64,000 bases of DNA from Anaerolineales bacterium (GTDB taxonomy: Bacteria; Chloroflexota; Anaerolineae; Anaerolineales; RBG-16-64-43): contig JBEKHT010000006.1 of the NCBI GenBank assembly GCA_050012135.1, positions 1,798 to 65,797 of the forward strand, given 5' to 3'. This document shows, in pieces, positions 1 to 9,404 of this stretch (its first letter is position 1; each line of letters starts with the position of its first letter). The notes under the pieces were generated by a model. The model did no database searches. It was given only the letters and a program-made list of their open reading frames with translations, and was not told the DNA's origin. The position numbers were made by a program, and so were the translations under genes.

Positions 1-4
1 GATC

Positions 5-2431
5 GTGGCCAAGGACTTGGTGGAAACGGTCCTGGCGGACGAGCCGCATCGGGTGGTCGGGGACTATCTGGGAAAGGAACTGGAAGGGTGGCGATACCAA
101 CCTCTTTTCACCTTTCTGCCTCTGGAGAAGCCTGCCCATCGAGTCGTTCTGGGCAGCTTTGTGACAACAACCGAGGGGACCGGAGTGGTCCATCAAGCTC
201 CCGCCTTTGGGGCCGATGATATGCAGATGGCGCTCGAGCATGATCTGCCGGTGCTGATGACCGTAGATCCAAGCGGTCGATTTGTTCCCGAGGTGCGTCC
301 CTGGCAAGGTATGTTTGTCAAGGAGGCCGACCCTCTGATCACCAAGGATCTGGCGGAAAGGGGTCTCCTGTTCCGGGGGGGGAAGATCGTTCACACCTAC
401 CCGTTTTGCTGGCGGTGCGGTACCCCTCTGCTCTACTATGCGCGCTCGACCTGGTACATTCGCACCACCCAGTTCTTGGATCGACTCGTAGCTCTCAATG
501 AGACTATTCACTGGCATCCGGACCACATCCGGCGCGGGCGCTTTGGGAACTGGCTGGCCAACAACGTCGACTGGGCCCTGGGTCGCGAGCGGTACTGGGG
601 GACACCTCTCCCGATCTGGGAGTGCAACGGCTGTCATTATCAGGAATGCGTCGGATCGGTCGCCGATCTTTCGCAGCGCACAGGAAAGGACCTGTCTGAC
701 CTGGACCTGCATCGGCCCTATGTCGACCAGGTGACCTGGTCCTGCCCCAAGTGTCAGCAGGAAATGAAGCGGGTTCCTGAGCTGATTGATGTCTGGTTCG
801 ATTCGGGGGCCATGCCCGTCGCGCAATGGCACTACCCATTTGAGAACGCGGAAATCTTCCAGCATCAATTTCCAGCGGACTTCATATGCGAGGCCGTCGA
901 TCAAACTCGCGGATGGTTCTATTCCCTGCACGCGATCAGCACCCTCCTAAAGGACAGCGTCGCCTTCAAGAACGTGATTGTCCTCGGCCTGGTCCTGGAC
1001 GCGGCGGGCCAAAAGATGTCCAAGTCCCGAGGGAATGTGGTCGATCCTTGGGAGGTCCTGAATTCCCATGGGGCCGACGCCTTTCGCTGGTACCTCTATA
1101 CGGCCTCGCCCCCGGGGCAGGAGCGTCGGTTTTCCACGGACTTGGTGGGGGAAGTGATTCGCAGCTTCACCCTGACCTTGTGGAATGTGTTCTCGTTCTT
1201 CGTGACGTATGCTAACTTGGACGGCTGGGTCCCGGACGAGGCGCTCAACCGCCAGGCCTCCCTCGGCCATCCGGCTGGAGGGCGGGCCGGGCGCGCCTAC
1301 TCCGACCTGGACCGTTGGATTCTCTCCGAGCTCCATGTCCTCGTGCGTTCGGTCAGCACGGCGTTGGAGAACTACGATGCGCTGGGAGCAACCCGCCCGA
1401 TCGAGGCCTTTGTGGATCGCCTCTCGAATTGGTACCTGCGCAGAAGCCGCCGGCGCTTCTGGAAGTCCGGACAGGACGCGGAGAAGAATGCGGCCTACGC
1501 CACGTTGTATGAATGCCTGACGACCCTTGCCAAGCTCCTGGCCCCTTCGATGCCTTTTCTCGCCGAGGCCATCTACCGAAACCTCGTGTCTGCGCGGAAT
1601 GAGCGGGCCCCGGAGTCCGTGCACCTGGCCGACTGGCCCGAGTACGATCGGGCCATGGTGGATGAAATGCTGAACGCGGAGATGGGACGCGTGCTTCGCT
1701 GGGCTTCTCTGGGTCACGCGGCGCGCAGCCATGCCAACCTCAAGGTGCGCCAGCCCCTGGCGGAGATCGCCTTCAGCGTAGCCTCTCGGGAGGAGGCCGC
1801 CACGTTGGAAAAGTACAGAGATCTTCTGGCGGATGAGCTGAACGTGAAGCGCGCCAGAAAGCTGGACACGGCGGAGGACGTTCTTACCTACTCTCTTCAT
1901 CCTCGGCCCCAGTTGCTCGGTCCGAAACATGGGGCGCTGTTCCCGAGAATCCGCGCCGCCCTCTCGCAGAGGGATGCGGGTGCGGCCGCTGTGGAGTTTC
2001 TCCAGGGCCGGTCCCTTTCCATCGAGGTGGAAGGAGAGTCCATCCAGATCTTGCCCGAGGAAGTGGAAGTTCGCATGACCGCGCGCGAAGGATATTCGAT
2101 GGCGGAGGAGGGAGGGAACATCGCCGCCCTCAGCACGGGTCTCACGCCCGAATTGATTGGAGAAGGCCTGGCGCGGGAGTTTGTCCGTCGTGTCCAGGAT
2201 CTGCGCAAGAATGCCGGCCTGGAGATCGCGGACCGGATTCAGATCTTCTACAAAGCATCGCCGAAGTTAGCCCAGGCCGTCGAGCACCACCGCCAGTACA
2301 TCGCGGGAGAGACTCTGGCCCTGTCCCTGGAGTCGGGCGAGGCGCCCCCCGCGGCTTCTCGCGCGGAGCACGAGTTCGACGGCGAGTCCCTGCTGGTGGG
2401 CATCGTTCGCGCTGGCGCTCCTGAGACGTAG
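5..2431 (+). CDS. ileS: Isoleucyl-tRNA synthetase (type 2), 5'-partial
   Basis: GTGVVHQAPAFG editing motif, DWALGRERYWGTPLPIW, DQTRGWF and KMSKS; the ORF runs off the window start; followed by lspA as is typical. Confidence 0.97.
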   Translation: MAKDLVETVLADEPHRVVGDYLGKELEGWRYQPLFTFLPLEKPAHRVVLGSFVTTTEGTGVVHQAPAFGADDMQMALEHDLPVLMTVDPSGRFVPEVRPWQGMFVKEADPLITKDLAERGLLFRGGKIVHTYPFCWRCGTPLLYYARSTWYIRTTQFLDRLVALNETIHWHPDHIRRGRFGNWLANNVDWALGRERYWGTPLPIWECNGCHYQECVGSVADLSQRTGKDLSDLDLHRPYVDQVTWSCPKCQQEMKRVPELIDVWFDSGAMPVAQWHYPFENAEIFQHQFPADFICEAVDQTRGWFYSLHAISTLLKDSVAFKNVIVLGLVLDAAGQKMSKSRGNVVDPWEVLNSHGADAFRWYLYTASPPGQERRFSTDLVGEVIRSFTLTLWNVFSFFVTYANLDGWVPDEALNRQASLGHPAGGRAGRAYSDLDRWILSELHVLVRSVSTALENYDALGATRPIEAFVDRLSNWYLRRSRRRFWKSGQDAEKNAAYATLYECLTTLAKLLAPSMPFLAEAIYRNLVSARNERAPESVHLADWPEYDRAMVDEMLNAEMGRVLRWASLGHAARSHANLKVRQPLAEIAFSVASREEAATLEKYRDLLADELNVKRARKLDTAEDVLTYSLHPRPQLLGPKHGALFPRIRAALSQRDAGAAAVEFLQGRSLSIEVEGESIQILPEEVEVRMTAREGYSMAEEGGNIAALSTGLTPELIGEGLAREFVRRVQDLRKNAGLEIADRIQIFYKASPKLAQAVEHHRQYIAGETLALSLESGEAPPAASRAEHEFDGESLLVGIVRAGAPET

Positions 2432-2667
2432 AGCCGAGGGGCCAAGTCCCGGGCGGAGACTGTCCCCCTCTGGAGCGGAAAAACCCGGGCGCACATCTTT
2501 CCCGATCGATCCGCCTGTGAGCGGGCCACGCGCTGCCCCGAAGGCCCCCAAGGCGGGGGAAGCTCGATCCGACCGAACCGGTCCTGCAACTCCAGACGAT
2601 TCTCCGCGCCCGCTTCGGTGCGATACAATTCGACCACGAAGGGTCGGAGCAGGTGCGGGAGGGATCA

Positions 2668-3177
2668 GTGAGCCTTCGTTCCTACGGCATTCTGACTTTG
2701 CTGGCCGGTACGATCATGGGTCTCGACCAGCTCACCAAATGGCTCGTGCGCACGCGCTTGGCGCTGGGCCAAGCCTGGACTCCCTGGGAGCCGCTCTCCC
2801 CGTACATGCGGGTGGTGCACTGGACGAATACCGGGGCGGCCTTTGGCCTCTTCCAAAATGGCAACATGGTTTTCACGATCCTGGCCATCGTGGTCTCGGC
2901 AGCCATCATCTACTACTATCGCAACACCGAACGCGCCAGCTGGCTCGTCCGGCTGGCTCTGGCCATGCAGCTAGGGGGAGCCCTTGGGAATTTGATCGAT
3001 CGGCTAACTCAAGGTACGGTCACAGACTTTATCTCGATCGGGTCGTTTCCGGTGTTCAACCTGGCCGATGCGAGCATTTCCCTGGGTGTGGCGTTCCTGC
3101 TGATTGACATGCTGGTTGAACAAAGCCGCTCCGCAAGCCGCTCGGCCTCTGCAACCTCCGCCCCGGATCAAACGTGA
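2668..3177 (+). CDS. lspA: Lipoprotein signal peptidase II
   Basis: DQLTK, NTGAAFG, GALGNLIDR and FPVFNLAD motifs; GTG start after a GGAGG-like RBS. Confidence 0.96.
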   Translation: MSLRSYGILTLLAGTIMGLDQLTKWLVRTRLALGQAWTPWEPLSPYMRVVHWTNTGAAFGLFQNGNMVFTILAIVVSAAIIYYYRNTERASWLVRLALAMQLGGALGNLIDRLTQGTVTDFISIGSFPVFNLADASISLGVAFLLIDMLVEQSRSASRSASATSAPDQT

Positions 3178-4136
3178 GTGACACTTTTCATCGTTGGACG
3201 GTCGAGCGGGGCGGAATCCGGCTCGATCAATTCCTGAGCCGCGCCCTGCCAGAACAATCGCGTTCCTCCCTTCAACGCCTGGTCGAATTGGGGTATGTCC
3301 GATGCAATGACGAACCGGCATTGCGCAAGTCCCTGATCGTGCAGGCGGGAGACCGGGTCGAAGTCCGCGTGCCGACCCCGCCACCGAGTCGAGTTCAGCC
3401 TGAGCCGATACCGCTCGAGGTTCTATTCGAGAATGAGGATGTCCTGGTGATCAACAAGCCAGCCGGGCTCGTGGTGCATCCAGCCGTGGGCCACTTCACC
3501 GGGACCCTGGTGGCGGCCGTCTTGGCACATTCTCCGCAAATTGAGAGGGGGGGGGAGGTCCAGCGTCCAGGCATTGTCCACCGACTGGACAAAGACACTT
3601 CGGGGATCATCCTCGTCGCCAAAACCGAAGAGGCCCAAACCTCATTGCAAAAAGCATTCGAGCAGAGAGCGGTCCACAAGGTGTATCTGGCTCTTGTGGA
3701 TGGGGTACCGCCCACACCCGAGGGCCGAATTCAAGCAGCCGTTGGACGGGATCCTTCCCATCGCCAGCGGATGGCGATCGTCCCGACCAGCCGCGGCCGG
3801 CAGGCCGAAACGGTGTACCGCACTCTCGAACGGTTGGGGGAGCACACCCTGCTTGAGGTTGTGCCCCTGACGGGTCGCACCCACCAGATCCGGGTTCACT
3901 TGGCATTCTTGGGTTGCCCCATCGTGGGGGATCGTGTCTACGGTCGACGCACGCCGAGTCTGCCCGTCCAGCGGCAGCTCCTCCACGCGGCCCAACTGGA
4001 ACTCTGCTTGCCGAACGAACGCCAGCCGCGTCTCTTCATCGCTCCCATGCCGGCCGATTTCCAACAGGCGTTGGACGGGTTGCGAGGAGGATCACCCCGG
4101 AAGGCCCCGGCCCAGCGAGTCGCTGGTTCGCCCTGA
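3174..4136 (+). CDS. RluA/RluD-family RNA pseudouridine synthase
   Basis: N-terminal S4-like region, NKPAGLVVHP, HRLDKDTSG (catalytic Asp) and GRTHQIRVH. Confidence 0.95.
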   Translation: MSDTFHRWTVERGGIRLDQFLSRALPEQSRSSLQRLVELGYVRCNDEPALRKSLIVQAGDRVEVRVPTPPPSRVQPEPIPLEVLFENEDVLVINKPAGLVVHPAVGHFTGTLVAAVLAHSPQIERGGEVQRPGIVHRLDKDTSGIILVAKTEEAQTSLQKAFEQRAVHKVYLALVDGVPPTPEGRIQAAVGRDPSHRQRMAIVPTSRGRQAETVYRTLERLGEHTLLEVVPLTGRTHQIRVHLAFLGCPIVGDRVYGRRTPSLPVQRQLLHAAQLELCLPNERQPRLFIAPMPADFQQALDGLRGGSPRKAPAQRVAGSP

Positions 4137-4202
4137 ATCCACCCGGGTGAACCGCTGCCGTTGGGTCTGGTCTCACGAAGCGCTTCAGGCGCGGAGGTCA
4201 TC

Positions 4203-5249
4203 ATGGAGTCCATCGATCTGCGATCCGACACGGTGACTCAGCCCACCCCCGAGATGCGCAGGGCCATGTCCGCCGCTAAGGTCGGGGATGATGTTTTTGG
4301 AGAGGACCCCACCGTCAACCAACTGCAGGACATGGCGGCAGAGCGCATGGGCAAGGAGGCAGGGTTGTTTGTCACCTCCGGGACGATGGGGAACCTCGTG
4401 GCTGTGCTTACCCACTGCGGGCGCGGCGATGAAGCGATCTTGGGTGACCAGGCCCACACCTTCTTGTATGAAGCGGGTGGCATCGCCGCGCTCGGTGGGG
4501 TGCACCCGCACCCGGTTCGCAACCAAGCCGACGGCACCCTGCGACTGCAAGATCTTCAGGCGGCGATCCGGTCCGACGACGTTCACTTCCCGCGCTCCCG
4601 CTTGATCTGCCTCGAGAACACGCACAATCGCTGCGGGGGCGTCCCGCTGACAGCCGAGTACACCGGGCAAGTCGGCGAGTTGGCCCATGCGCGTGGCCTC
4701 GCCCTGCACCTGGATGGGGCCCGGATTTTCAATGCGGCGGCCGCCTTGAGGCGGCGGCCCCAAGACCTTGTGGCCCCAGCGGATTCGGTCAGTTTTTGTC
4801 TGTCCAAAGCGCTTTGCGCTCCGGTCGGCTCCGTGCTGTGTGGGTCGCGGGAATTCGTCGCGAAGGCTCGGCGAATTCGCAAGCAACTGGGCGGCGGCAT
4901 GCGCCAGGCCGGAATCCTGGCCGCTGCCGGAATCGTCGGGTTGCAGAAGATGGTCGATCGAGTGAGTCAGGACCATGAGAACGCGTGGGCCTTGGCCGCC
5001 GGCCTCGGGCAGATCGCGGGAATTCGCCTGGATCCGGGGACTCCCTACACCAACATGGTCTTTTTTGAGCTCGATCCAGGAATCCGGTTCGACGCGGAGG
5101 GCGTGGCGGCTCGGCTGGCTGAAAAGAAGGTCCGGGTTCAGGTGACCGGTCCCCGCCGCTTCCGCGCGGTCCTGCATTATTGGGTGGGCCCAGAGCAGGT
5201 TCAGCGCGTGGTACGGGCCTTCGAAGACACACTCAGCGAGCCGACCTAG
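4203..5249 (+). CDS. ltaE: Low-specificity L-threonine aldolase
   Basis: IDLRSDTVT, ENTHN, HLDGARIFNA, CLSK (PLP lysine) and GGGMRQAG. Confidence 0.93.
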   Translation: MESIDLRSDTVTQPTPEMRRAMSAAKVGDDVFGEDPTVNQLQDMAAERMGKEAGLFVTSGTMGNLVAVLTHCGRGDEAILGDQAHTFLYEAGGIAALGGVHPHPVRNQADGTLRLQDLQAAIRSDDVHFPRSRLICLENTHNRCGGVPLTAEYTGQVGELAHARGLALHLDGARIFNAAAALRRRPQDLVAPADSVSFCLSKALCAPVGSVLCGSREFVAKARRIRKQLGGGMRQAGILAAAGIVGLQKMVDRVSQDHENAWALAAGLGQIAGIRLDPGTPYTNMVFFELDPGIRFDAEGVAARLAEKKVRVQVTGPRRFRAVLHYWVGPEQVQRVVRAFEDTLSEPT

Positions 5250-5276
5250 GCGGGGCCGCGGGCCGGTCGCCGATCC

Positions 5277-6290
5277 TCAGGGCGTCCATCGATACTGGAG
5301 GGAAGGCTCCCAAAGGCGGTCGAGGCCCAGGGCCTGGGGGCTCAACGTATTCGCAATCGAGGAGATGTAACTCAAGAGCGATGGGCCTGGGCCGTAATGG
5401 ATCACGCGGGGCGTCCCGCTGATCTTACCGAGTTGCGCCGCCTTGGCGATTGCGTTCTCTTCGTACCCCAGGGCGTCGACGAGCCCAAGCTGCAAGGCCT
5501 GCTGGCCCGTGAAGACTCGTCCGTCCGCCAGTTGAAGGACCTCGTCTTTGGGCAGGTGGCGCCCGTTGGCAACCACGGAGACGAATCCAGCATACGCCTG
5601 GTCGACGATGCCCTGCATGATCGCCTTGTCGGCGTCGCTCATGGGCCGATAAGGGCTGCCCAGATCCTTTTCTGGGCCGGACTTTATCACCGTGAACTGC
5701 ACTCCGAGTTTGTCGAGCAACCCCTCTGCATTGGGGAACTCGCTGATCACCCCGATCGATCCCGTCAGAGAGTCTGGATTAGCGATGATGTAGTCGGCGG
5801 CCATGCTGACATAGTAGGCGCCCGAGGCCCCTTCGGCTCCCATGAGAACAACCAGCGGTTTCCCGCTGCTCTTCAGGGCATGGTAGATTTCGTCTGAGGC
5901 GACCACATCGCCCCCGGGGCTGTCCACCCGCAGGACGAGGGCTTTCACGTCGGGGTTGTTGGAGGCTGCCCGAACTTGGCTAATCAGATCCTCGGAGGCG
6001 GTTAGGCTGCCCGTTTGGAAGAGGCCGGCCGTCCCTCCGGTAATGACGCCGCGCAGCTCTAGTTCAGCGAGCGCGGGGCCCGTCGAAGGGCCGCTCGTCT
6101 GTTGCTCTTGGCTGGCAGCCATGGACGGGCTCAGGTTCCTGCCGAGCGCGTCTAGACCGAGGCTGGCCGCCAGCAGGGAGCCGAGGCAAAAGAACATTGG
6201 AAGTCCGAACCCAATCAGCACTCCGAACAGCGCCCAAATTGCCGAGCGATCTTTCCTCTCCTTCCTCCCGGATTCTTCAAGGCTTTCCAT
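5277..6290 (-). CDS. sppA: Signal peptide peptidase SppA (S49), 36K type
   Basis: N-terminal TM segment; LRVDSPGG, ASGAYY, TGSIGV and DGRVFTGQQA motifs. Confidence 0.93.
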   Translation of the reverse strand: MESLEESGRKERKDRSAIWALFGVLIGFGLPMFFCLGSLLAASLGLDALGRNLSPSMAASQEQQTSGPSTGPALAELELRGVITGGTAGLFQTGSLTASEDLISQVRAASNNPDVKALVLRVDSPGGDVVASDEIYHALKSSGKPLVVLMGAEGASGAYYVSMAADYIIANPDSLTGSIGVISEFPNAEGLLDKLGVQFTVIKSGPEKDLGSPYRPMSDADKAIMQGIVDQAYAGFVSVVANGRHLPKDEVLQLADGRVFTGQQALQLGLVDALGYEENAIAKAAQLGKISGTPRVIHYGPGPSLLSYISSIANTLSPQALGLDRLWEPSLQYRWTP

Positions 6291-6582
6291 TCTGCAGTAA
6301 CCTCCTTGGACCCCGCAGCTTAGCTAGTTGGAGCTCTCTTCATTATTATATAGGCCTCGGGTCGGTTGCGGGTCCCAAGAACCTCCGGACGAAGCTTCCT
6401 GGCGGGAGTCCTCCGCGCCTTGGACCGATCGGGAGGGTCCCCGTCGGGGACCCGCCATTCCCGCGGGGTGTGTACGCAGGGGTCAGAGTACTTTCCCGGA
6501 CGGAATCTGGATTCGCCAGGCTCCTCCAAATCCGGAGATTGCGACACGCCCAGTGGTGACATTTGTTATGGACGGTCCTGCT

Positions 6583-6611
6583 TTGACTCAATAGACTACC
6601 CGTGCTAGTAT
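6583..6611 (+). promoter_or_regulatory. Sigma70-type promoter for the nuo/atp membrane operon
   Basis: TTGACT-17 nt-TAGTAT with an extended -10 TG, about 100 nt upstream of nuoA. Confidence 0.6.
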
Positions 6612-6712
6612 GGCAGCGGTCGACCGCCGGGCTCCGCATCCCCTGCTGTTTCGGGGGGGCCGGCTGGGGGCCGAGGCTCCCTTGAACTCGACGATTGGAA
6701 GGAGTGGGCAGA

Positions 6713-7066
6713 TTGAACCCATGGATCTTCGTGGGTGTGTTCCTTCTCGTTGCTGGCGCGCTTCCCGCCTTCGCCTTGCTTTTCGCCAAGTACCTTGGCC
6801 CACGTAGGCCTGCACCGATCAAGTCAGAAACCTATGAGTGCGGCGTCGAAACCCACGGCCCCACTTGGGTCCAATTGAAAGCTCAGTACTACGTCTATGC
6901 ACTCGTCTTTGTTGTGTTTGACGTGGAACTGGTTTTCCTATTTCCTTGGGCCATCGTCTACGCAAGGTTGCCGCTTTACGTGGCCCTGGAGGGGGCGCTT
7001 TTCTTGCTAATCCTCGCCGGCGGGCTGGTCTACGTCTGGCGGAAGGGTGCGCTGGAATGGGCATGA
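6713..7066 (+). CDS. nuoA: NADH-quinone oxidoreductase subunit A
   Basis: KSETYECG loop, FVVFDVE and WRKGALEW; probable TTG start after AAGGAG. Confidence 0.95.
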   Translation: MNPWIFVGVFLLVAGALPAFALLFAKYLGPRRPAPIKSETYECGVETHGPTWVQLKAQYYVYALVFVVFDVELVFLFPWAIVYARLPLYVALEGALFLLILAGGLVYVWRKGALEWA

Positions 7067-7142
7067 GGATTTGTTGGAGGAAACCCACGCCTATCGTGAT
7101 GCGACACGATAGGCGCTTTTCTGTCTGCCGGAGGAGGCAGGC

Positions 7143-8390
7143 GTGATCCAGCCCGGCGATCTCATTGCCTCCCTGGGGTCATGGCTGCAAAGGTTTCTCC
7201 TTTCGCTTGGCCTCGCTCCCAGCCTGGTGTCTCTTGGGGTGGCGTTGCTGCCCGCTATTCTCCTGCCCGTCATCAGCCTGATGACGGCCATTCCCCTGAT
7301 TTGGCTCGAGCGCAAGTGGGTGGCCCGCCTCCAGGATCGGATCGGGCCGAATCGGGTCGGACCTTTTGGGGTATTCCAGGTCTTCGCTGACATGGTCAAG
7401 ATCTTCACCAAGGAAGACCTGATCCCGCAGGGCGCCGACAAGATCATCTTTAGCCTCGCCCCGGTCTTGGCCATGGCAGGGGTGATCGGGGTCTGGGCTG
7501 TGCTGCCGTTTGCGGCGGACGTCTACGGGGTTAATCTCAATGTGGGTGCCCTATATGTCATAGCGGTCGGCACTTTTGGCATGTTGGCGATTCTTCTCGC
7601 GGGCTGGTCCTCCAACAACAAGTATGCCCTTCTGGGTGCCTATCGCGCGGTGGCTCAGCTAATCAGCTACGAGGTCCCCATGGTGCTCACCCTGCTCGTC
7701 CCCGTGATGTTGGCGGGATCCATGGGACTCAATGACATAGTCCGGGCCCAAGGCAACGGATGGTTTGTGTTCCTTGCGCCGCTGGCGGCCATCATCTTCA
7801 TGATCGCCGCCCAGGCCGAGGTCGGTCGGGCACCCTTTGATCTGCTTGAAGCGGAATCCGAGCTGGTCGCAGGATTCAATATCGAGTACTCGGGGATGAA
7901 GTTCGGTTTCTTCTATGTGGCCGAATTCCTCCACTCCTTCACGTTTGGGGCCCTGGGGGCCACGTTCTTCCTCGGAGGTTGGTTGGGGCCCGGTTCCGAG
8001 ACCTTCCCGATGCTCGGGGTGGTTTATTTCCTGATCAAGAGTTTTGCCGTTTACTTCGTCTTCGTTTGGACTCGCGGGACGTTTCCTCGCATCCGTATCG
8101 ACCAGATGATTAACCTGAGTTGGAAACTCTTGACCCCCGCCTCTCTTGGTTTGGTCGCGCTGATTGCGGTGGTCCATCGGGCGACGCAGGCAACTCCCCC
8201 TCTGTTGCAAGCCGTGGTGCTGCTTGGCGCCAATCTGTTCGTTTTCTTCTGCGCTCTCTTGGTCATGCGTTCAATGGGCAGGATGGCGCGGGAGAGGTCA
8301 ACTGCTCCCCGCCCCGGATCCGGATCGGGAAAGACAACCGATCCGGGCCAAGGTGCGGTGGCGCGACCAGCCTCCGCCTCCGGCGACTAG
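7143..8390 (+). CDS. nuoH: NADH-quinone oxidoreductase subunit H
   Basis: ERK...QDRIGPNRVGPFG, ISYE, RAPFDLLEAESELVAGFNIEYSG and PRIRIDQ. Confidence 0.96.
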   Translation: MIQPGDLIASLGSWLQRFLLSLGLAPSLVSLGVALLPAILLPVISLMTAIPLIWLERKWVARLQDRIGPNRVGPFGVFQVFADMVKIFTKEDLIPQGADKIIFSLAPVLAMAGVIGVWAVLPFAADVYGVNLNVGALYVIAVGTFGMLAILLAGWSSNNKYALLGAYRAVAQLISYEVPMVLTLLVPVMLAGSMGLNDIVRAQGNGWFVFLAPLAAIIFMIAAQAEVGRAPFDLLEAESELVAGFNIEYSGMKFGFFYVAEFLHSFTFGALGATFFLGGWLGPGSETFPMLGVVYFLIKSFAVYFVFVWTRGTFPRIRIDQMINLSWKLLTPASLGLVALIAVVHRATQATPPLLQAVVLLGANLFVFFCALLVMRSMGRMARERSTAPRPGSGSGKTTDPGQGAVARPASASGD

Positions 8391-8404
8391 TCTTGGATGG
8401 GTTT

Positions 8405-8920
8405 ATGGCACTGGCGCAAATCCTGTTCCTGATCGTTGCGGCCCTGGGAGTGCTGGCGGGCCTGATGGTGGTCACCGTGCGAAATCTGCTCCATGCCGCC
8501 CTGTGGCTCATTGTCGCGCTGTTCGCTGTCGCCGTATTGTTTGCAATGCTTGACGCCGGCTTCTTGGCCGTGATCCAGGTCGTGATCTACATCGGTGCGA
8601 TCGCAATCTTGATTATCTTTGCCATCATGTTGACCCGTCGTGAGGCGCTGACGGCCGGGCCACAGGACAACCGGCTGTGGCCCGTGGCGGGCACCCTGTG
8701 CGCGCTTGTGTTCCTGGGATTGGCCTGGAGCGCATCGAATTTTGCCGGGGCGCAATCCGGCCCTGCAAAACTGCCCGCCAGCGACGCATTGGTCGCCCTG
8801 GGGACAGCCCTGGTTTCTCCCGATCAATATGTGGTTCCCTTCGAGGTGGCCTCGGTCCTTTTGCTGGCGGCTCTGATCGGGTCCGTCGCAATTGCGGGCG
8901 ATCGCAATCCATCCAAGTAG
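8405..8920 (+). CDS. nuoJ: NADH-quinone oxidoreductase subunit J
   Basis: RNLLHAALWL, QVVIYIGAIAIL and PFEVASVLLLAALIG; real start is the ATG at 8405 inside track ORF 8120..8920. Confidence 0.94.
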   Translation: MALAQILFLIVAALGVLAGLMVVTVRNLLHAALWLIVALFAVAVLFAMLDAGFLAVIQVVIYIGAIAILIIFAIMLTRREALTAGPQDNRLWPVAGTLCALVFLGLAWSASNFAGAQSGPAKLPASDALVALGTALVSPDQYVVPFEVASVLLLAALIGSVAIAGDRNPSK

Positions 8921-8976
8921 CGCGAGTAGCGTGCCGGAGGCGGCCGGCGGGGAGGTCCTGCGGCCGCAAGGAGAAG

Positions 8977-9285
8977 ATGGTCCCTCTCTCGTGGTATCTG
9001 GTTTTTTCTGCGGCCCTTTTCAGCCTGGGCCTATTCGGGGTTCTGGCGCGGCGCAATGCAGTCGCCATTCTGTTGGGCATAGAACTGATGCTCAACGCGG
9101 CGAATGTGAACTTAGTGGCCTTTTGGAGGTACATGGCCCCGGCCCGCATGGGGGGCCAGGTCTTTGTCGTGGTTGTGTTTGCGGTGGCGGCGGCGGAAGC
9201 CGCAGTCGGCTTGGCTCTCATCATCTCCTTCGCGCGCCTGAGGGGAAGTGTCGACGCGGACCAGGCGGATCTCCTCCGTGGTTAG
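8977..9285 (+). CDS. nuoK: NADH-quinone oxidoreductase subunit K
   Basis: RRNAVAILLGIELMLNAAN and VAAAEAAVGLA; ATG at 8977 inside track ORF 8677..9285. Confidence 0.95.
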   Translation: MVPLSWYLVFSAALFSLGLFGVLARRNAVAILLGIELMLNAANVNLVAFWRYMAPARMGGQVFVVVVFAVAAAEAAVGLALIISFARLRGSVDADQADLLRG

Positions 9286-9404
9286 AGCCGGCTCCTCGCC
9301 CGAGGAAAGGCCGCAGGCCAAGGCCCCTGGGAGGAGACTTGCGGGCGCATCCCATCGCGGATTCGCTCACGGCGGGGGCATGGTTCCGCGTTTGAGGCGG
9401 CACT